Positions 58,841-64,000 of a stretch of DNA of 64,000 nucleotides are shown piece after piece. The stretch lies in assembly GCA_963727775.1 (NCBI GenBank), contig CAVSHB010000001.1:736001-800000 (forward strand), read 5' to 3'. Source of the DNA: an uncultured Nitrospiraceae bacterium (GTDB lineage: Bacteria > Nitrospirota > Thermodesulfovibrionia > Thermodesulfovibrionales > SM23-35). A program made the position numbers and the translations under genes. The number at the start of each line of letters is the position of its first letter. Positions within the stretch are counted from its first letter, which is position 1. The notes beneath the pieces were generated by a model. The model searched no databases and had not been told where the DNA came from. It saw nothing but the letters and a program-made list of their open reading frames with translations.

Positions 58841-59209
58841 ATGTCGATAATCAAAGAAGATGAGATTAGAGAAGACCGCATTCTCATGGAAATTGTCGTT
58901 GACGCTTACAACGAGGAAGAGCGTTCACTGGGATGGTATTATTACCTCGAAGACAAACTGAGATTTCCATTCAAAGCGAAGTGTATTGCTACAAGAAAAA
59001 CATCGCCACTTCTTATCGGGGAGGAAGTAGAAGTAACAAAGATGGCCCCAGAAACGGAGTGTGAGCATGATATGTTTGTCATGATCATCTGGCAAAAACG
59101 ATCTTTGGCGGTTCCATTGTGCCAGCTCAAAGTATCTAAGGCAGATAAGCAGACCATAGAAGCCGTTGCCGATTGGCATTACTGGGTGAAGAGAGGATAT
59201 GAGTTTTGA
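58841..59209 (+). CDS. Calcium-binding (CcbP-like) family protein
   Basis: RE.RI.MEIVVDAY..EE...GWYYYL...L.FPF.A, VPL.QL, DW.YW. Confidence 0.8.
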   Translation: MSIIKEDEIREDRILMEIVVDAYNEEERSLGWYYYLEDKLRFPFKAKCIATRKTSPLLIGEEVEVTKMAPETECEHDMFVMIIWQKRSLAVPLCQLKVSKADKQTIEAVADWHYWVKRGYEF

Positions 59210-59497
59210 GCAGAATCATAGGCAACAATCCTTCCTCTTCTAAACAACGCGTCTGGACGCGCTTCCCAGAAGGAATAGTGCCCCTGTAAGTTTGCATTGG
59301 AAGTGGTTGAAATTATTGAGTATTACCGTTAGAAAGATATATACTTGTCGAAGCATTCGAGTACAGGATCGTTGGAAAGGTTGAGGAGAATGTGTAGCGT
59401 GCGATATATATAATGGTGCAAAAGGGCAAGCTTTTTTGTCGAAAATGCCATTATTTCGTGAGCAACAGCATTTTGGATAGACTCTGCTTGTATAAAA

Positions 59498-60331
59498 ATG
59501 AAAACAATACTGATTTTAAAAGACATTGTTAGGCCCAACTGGCGTTATTTAATCGACGCTATCTCTTTGAGATGGAAAAAACTTGGCTATAAAGTTTTAA
59601 CTCATTATGGGACAAAAAACCTTCCAGATGCTGATATAGTCATTCTGCATGTCGATGCAACTATTGTCCCGGACAAATTTGTTGAGTGTCTAGCAAAATA
59701 CCCCGTTGTATTGAATCGCGACGTTATAGACATTTCCAAAACCAAGATTAGCAGAAATATTGTGAGGCAGTATGACGACTATTCCGAGCCTGTCATAGTA
59801 AAGACGAACGCGAATTTTGGTGGTGTGCCAGAGGCGACTTATAACCGTATATCCTCCCCAAAAAGGTGGTGGCTCGGATGGCTATTGACAATGATGCGAA
59901 ACTGGGAGAAAGTTGATGTGCTGAATCCAGATAAGTATCCAGTTTTTAAGAATAAAGAAAGCATACCCGTCGGAGTATGGAAAAACAAAAATTTGATAGT
60001 TGAAAAATTTCTACCTGAAAGGATAGACGGTTTATTTTTTCTAAGATACTGGATTTTTTTCGGTGAAGAGGGATGGGCAGGCCGATTTGGAGCTACGAAA
60101 CCGATTGTGAAGTTCGGTGCGATGGCGACAAAAGATGAGTCCGTACCTGTGCCGGAAGAATTAAGAATATTGAGGAAAAGCCTTGGTTTTGATTATGGCC
60201 GTTTCGACTATGCGGTACACAACGGGGAGACAATTCTTTATGATGCAAACAAAACCTTGGGGGGCGCACATCATTTGGAGGATTATTCAGCTCAGCTGGA
60301 TTTACTAGCAAGCGGAATTAACGGGTTTTAA
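59498..60331 (+). CDS. Hypothetical protein, ATP-grasp-like
   Basis: VLN....DISK, PVIVK...N.GG, VEKF, GFDYGRFDY......LYDANKT. Confidence 0.6.
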   Translation: MKTILILKDIVRPNWRYLIDAISLRWKKLGYKVLTHYGTKNLPDADIVILHVDATIVPDKFVECLAKYPVVLNRDVIDISKTKISRNIVRQYDDYSEPVIVKTNANFGGVPEATYNRISSPKRWWLGWLLTMMRNWEKVDVLNPDKYPVFKNKESIPVGVWKNKNLIVEKFLPERIDGLFFLRYWIFFGEEGWAGRFGATKPIVKFGAMATKDESVPVPEELRILRKSLGFDYGRFDYAVHNGETILYDANKTLGGAHHLEDYSAQLDLLASGINGF

Positions 60332-60358
60332 TGTAAGTGTAATAGGGGAGGAAACCAC

Positions 60359-61267
60359 ATGGCACAGAATCAGGAGAATGTACAATTGTTCAAAAGTGTT
60401 TGGAGTAACTTGTGTGTACCGGTTCGGCCTGGACCAGAGGGATTAAATCTGTATCGCGTCCAGATGCAGCGTTTCCCTGAAAAACATATTCTGGTATTGG
60501 GAGCTACCCCGGAATTGGTAGATATGGCCCTTGAACTCAATGCCATGAAGGTGGTCAGCGTTGAACGTAATCCGGAGATAATGGAAGCAATGAGAGAACT
60601 CGGGACAAAAGATTGGACTAAAGTGCAACTGGTTGCAGGTGATTGGCTTGAAGAGCGTCCAGATTTCTATGCTTCTTTTAACTGTGTCGTCTGCGACGGC
60701 GGATTGTTATTTCTAGAATATCCCGGACAATGGGAACAGTTATTCAATCTGGTTTATAGCTATCTGACACCAAGCGGAGTTTTCGTGGCAAAAGAATGGG
60801 CGGAACCACTTGGCGACCGGGATTACGAACCCTTTAAAGAGAAAATGATCGGACGCTTTGAAGCCGAAAGTAAGGGTCAGAATCGCGCAGAGCTGATGGA
60901 ATTATATATCCGCCTCGCCTCAGAGCTGCGGCTTGCTACATTCATCAAAACTACTCGAAAAGACGGATCTTTCGATCAGGATATACTGGTGAAACGACTC
61001 GATACTCTTTTAGATGAGCTTAGCCAAAGATTTCCTGACCCGGTGATGGTTCAGATTGCTCAGGCGGCGCTAAAATATCTGGCAAGATCGCAACCAGACA
61101 AAACTGATGTCATCACTGGTGTGGGGTTTGAGAACGCGGAAAAACTCCTTTGTAAGCTCGGATTCAAGTCTGAGCACTTCCCGTTACCAGACCCCCCAAT
61201 ACCCGGTGCAAATTATATGGTCGTGGCCCATAAAACAAGTGATATCTCTAAATGTGTTGTTTTCTAA
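60359..61267 (+). CDS. Class I SAM-dependent methyltransferase-like protein
   Basis: LVLGATPE, VSVE, GDW, F..V.CDG, L.P.G.F. Confidence 0.75.
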   Translation: MAQNQENVQLFKSVWSNLCVPVRPGPEGLNLYRVQMQRFPEKHILVLGATPELVDMALELNAMKVVSVERNPEIMEAMRELGTKDWTKVQLVAGDWLEERPDFYASFNCVVCDGGLLFLEYPGQWEQLFNLVYSYLTPSGVFVAKEWAEPLGDRDYEPFKEKMIGRFEAESKGQNRAELMELYIRLASELRLATFIKTTRKDGSFDQDILVKRLDTLLDELSQRFPDPVMVQIAQAALKYLARSQPDKTDVITGVGFENAEKLLCKLGFKSEHFPLPDPPIPGANYMVVAHKTSDISKCVVF

Positions 61268-61363
61268 CGAAACGAGAAGGCTGAACCCTATCATTCACTG
61301 TCCGTCAGATCAAGTATTAGTAAATATATTTAATACCTGTCGTTATTTATTTTATAGGGAAAA

Positions 61364-61538
61364 CCACTGACAATGTCAGTGGTGGGGTGTGGGGGCGGAG
61401 ACCCCACACCTTTGGCGAACCGACAAGGTCGGTGAGCCTTATATGGAATTAATGAAAACTCCTTATCAGGCGAGGCGAAGGACATTGTCCGTAGTCTCGC
61501 CGCACTGCAAGCCACCGACAAGGTCGGTGGTAGTTGAC
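61364..61538 (-). mobile_element. Non-autonomous IS200/IS605-type end element (palindrome-rich)
   Basis: Minus strand starts GTCAACTACCACCGAC-CTT-GTCGGTGGCTTG; hairpin ACCGACAAGGTCGGTG repeated at 61419 and 61514; CCACTGACAATGTCAGTGG at the other end. Confidence 0.6.
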
Positions 61539-62070
61539 TGATGTAGAAAATAGTTTTTAAAAAGGACGCGATTCAATATCTCGCCCTTTTTATTTCATCT
61601 TTCAAATGTTAAGTTTCATTTCTACACATATCTTCAAATTCAGGTGGACCAAACAAAAAAGCTTACGGTTGCACTTAGGAGATTACTCGCCTGGGAGGGA
61701 ATATGTTATTCAGAGATTTTTGCAGCAAATAAAATCAGCACTCGAAGCGCTTGATTGTAAAGGGAATGTTAAGACCCTGATGCCTGTCTCACTCAGACAT
61801 AGTGTAATAAGATCATGGGAAAAGGACAGCGTGAGCCGCTTTATTAGCTCTATTGTAACTTTTGCACTGGATAAATACTATTGCTACAATTCCCATATCG
61901 TTACTATGCATCAATGAGAAAAGGACTAATAAAAGCTTCTGCAAAGATGTACGATTTACGAAAGGAATGTTAAATCTCAACGGTCGTTCCTTCATGGTGA
62001 GTCTGAAAAATCACTTGCCCCGTCCATTGTAAAGTTCGCAGATATAATAGACGGTACCTTTATTGCGCGA

Positions 62071-62213
62071 CTAGGAGTCTGTCGGACTTAGCGTGTTTTC
62101 GGCAAAAATGAATGATTTTGGGTGTCCAGTTTGCCCTAAAAAAGTTTTTTAAGCGAAGGGCTTCTCAGGAGGTCGACTTTTCAAAAAATATTGAAAGTCC
62201 GACAGGCTCCTAG
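62071..62213. mobile_element. MITE with 15-bp terminal IRs flanked by CTAG
   Basis: CTAG-GAGTCTGTCGGACTT ... AAGTCCGACAGGCTC-CTAG. Confidence 0.8.
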
Positions 62214-62263
62214 AGGTTAATTCATCGGAGGCTATGCATCACATGTCGTATTTATCATGTCTG

Positions 62264-63670
62264 TCATGTTTTGAGGAATGATCTGACATCAAGCTGCTGG
62301 TTAACCATCTGTGCCTTGCCTGAACGCGATGAAGGTATTTCATCGACAAACTCTATCGCTATGGATATTGAATCTTTCATTATATCGAGCATGTCGTCAA
62401 GACAGACCTTGATTTTTATCGTGTCACGGTCTGTATATCGTTCTCCCCGTGAGATGAACAACGCTGCTCTCCCCGGCTCTTCCTGATAAAACTGGAACTG
62501 TTGCACATTGGGAAAGGTCTTTATCCATGGCATGAGCCGAGGTATGACTTCTCCCCCGCGGCCGACAAGGAAATCATTGACCCGTCCATATAGCGAATCG
62601 ACCACCACGTGGTAACGACCACAACTCGGACAAAAATCGTTGCTCTCCTTCACAATATCGCCGGTGCGATACCGAATGAACGGCATACACTGATTGGCAA
62701 AGCCCGTAGCAATAATCTCTTTATATCCGTACGCCGAATCAATGAACTCCGTGTACCCATATAGAGGGTGAAGATGCATATTGTTTGTATGTTCGCACTC
62801 TCCACCGATCACCGAATTCTCATTCATGGCATACATAGAAAAGACCCTGACGCCGAAAGCCTCTTCTATCAAGTTTCTCTGCCAGTCGTAAATGGTCTCG
62901 GCATAGGATATCATTGACTTGAGTCCTGGAAAAACAGCAGAGCTTTCATGTTTGATATAAGAGGAGATTATGGCGAGTACCGAAGGGAAACCCATTATGT
63001 ACTCTGGATCAAAGTCAGTTATCATTCTCACGAAACGACTAAGCCAATTAGGGGTAAGATGGCGTATAGACAGTATGAGTTTGTTTCCATATCTCATATA
63101 AGGAAGGGATATGTTTTTACCATGGCTTACCATTGGCCAGAACATAACTTCTTTTACCCCTGGGACATAGCCTGTTCTTCCAAGGATATTTTTCCTGAAA
63201 GCGAGAAAAGCGGCCTTAAGTGACTTGTCCGTGTATATTTCCAGTGGAATCCCCGATGAACCACTTGTGGACCTTAGCATCAGTGCCGTCATTGGAAGAC
63301 GCTTGTCAATCATCTTTGCTGACGACTTTCTGACTTCTTCACGAAGGAGAAATGGAATTTTCCTGAAATCATCGAAATCCTTCATCTTTTCGGGATGAAA
63401 ATCAATTGCCGAAAATATATCTCTGTAATAATACACATTTTTTGCTGCGTGGATAAGGAGATTCTTTGTTTGCTCAAACTGGTAATTCCTGAATGTCTCG
63501 AAATTCCAGCCTTCGGATGCCTTAAGAAGCATTGTCCATCGGACGAAAGCTCTACCCAAGAGCATCCTATTCCGTATATCATATGGTATTGTTTCATACA
63601 CGTTATGAGCCATTTTTTCGAGCAGGCTGCTCTTCTTCAAAAACCTCGTTATAAACTCCTGGATATTCAT
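62264..63670 (-). CDS. Phenylacetate-CoA ligase-like adenylate-forming enzyme (CapK-like), paralog of 52328-53728
   Basis: TSGSSG.P, GFPS, MPFIRY.TGD; shares IPRLMPWIKTFPNV.Q.QFYQEEPGRA with the other copy. Confidence 0.88.
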   Translation of the reverse strand: MNIQEFITRFLKKSSLLEKMAHNVYETIPYDIRNRMLLGRAFVRWTMLLKASEGWNFETFRNYQFEQTKNLLIHAAKNVYYYRDIFSAIDFHPEKMKDFDDFRKIPFLLREEVRKSSAKMIDKRLPMTALMLRSTSGSSGIPLEIYTDKSLKAAFLAFRKNILGRTGYVPGVKEVMFWPMVSHGKNISLPYMRYGNKLILSIRHLTPNWLSRFVRMITDFDPEYIMGFPSVLAIISSYIKHESSAVFPGLKSMISYAETIYDWQRNLIEEAFGVRVFSMYAMNENSVIGGECEHTNNMHLHPLYGYTEFIDSAYGYKEIIATGFANQCMPFIRYRTGDIVKESNDFCPSCGRYHVVVDSLYGRVNDFLVGRGGEVIPRLMPWIKTFPNVQQFQFYQEEPGRAALFISRGERYTDRDTIKIKVCLDDMLDIMKDSISIAIEFVDEIPSSRSGKAQMVNQQLDVRSFLKT

Positions 63671-64000
63671 TACATATTGTATTTTATACGCGAAATTATT
63701 TTCTTATAGATAATTTTACCCGTTTCTTTTTTCAATATTGAGATGTTTCGCCATCAATGATATTTCCTGGTCATTATGTTCTATATATTAATATATTGTT
63801 CTCTTGTTACCGTCCTGCAGAATTAGAGTTAAGATTATTTTTCCCTAAATATCTCATCAACGATCCCCTCTGCAAATTATTTCATAATATCAAATTACAA
63901 TACATTTAATTCATGCAGCTTCTTGAAGAACTTGGGCCGGTTCATGAAGTTCTGACCGTGGATTATATGACACAAGATTATAGGATCAAGCAGAAATGCA

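Noticed and set aside
59230..59270. Possible attC after the CcbP-like gene
   Set aside because: No proper RYYYAAC/GTTRRRY box pair
61606..61917. 103-aa plus-strand ORF
   Set aside because: No SD or recognisable motif; lies between two miniature elements, possibly decayed sequence
1..64000. CRISPR array, tRNA or rRNA genes
   Set aside because: No regularly spaced repeat-spacer array and no tRNA/rRNA signature noticed by eye

Overview
Bacterial chromosomal window of about 44% GC by eye. Gene content and style suggest an anaerobic Nitrospirota/Desulfobacterota-like organism (inference). Housekeeping genes (asnS, valS, nadC, nadE, rsmI, DinG helicase) alternate with accessory material: a partial IS1634, an IS256 nested inside an IS1202-family element, an IS110, several MITEs and two integron-type gene cassettes without an integrase. 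Other systems are a c-di-GMP-I riboswitch controlling an RpoD-like sigma factor, a radical SAM/RRE peptide-modification operon headed by a giant C25-protease adhesin, an arsS locus, a probable 6S RNA and scattered glycan-modification genes. The most striking observations are not in the ORF track. (1) A stand-alone 40-codon gene at 27156-27278 (-) reads C-H-K-UGA-K-S-UGA-K-S-UAA and is followed by a SECIS-like hairpin, so it is a candidate CxxUxxU di-selenocysteine microprotein; an independent Sec signature in arsS supports this. (2) The IS110 3' non-coding region contains segments identical to both strands of its own insertion site, like a bridge/seek RNA. (3) The radical SAM operon has a 58-aa precursor peptide hidden inside a longer called ORF. 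(4) valS and an NYN gene appear to need non-canonical (ATT) starts. All calls were made by eye, without database searches.
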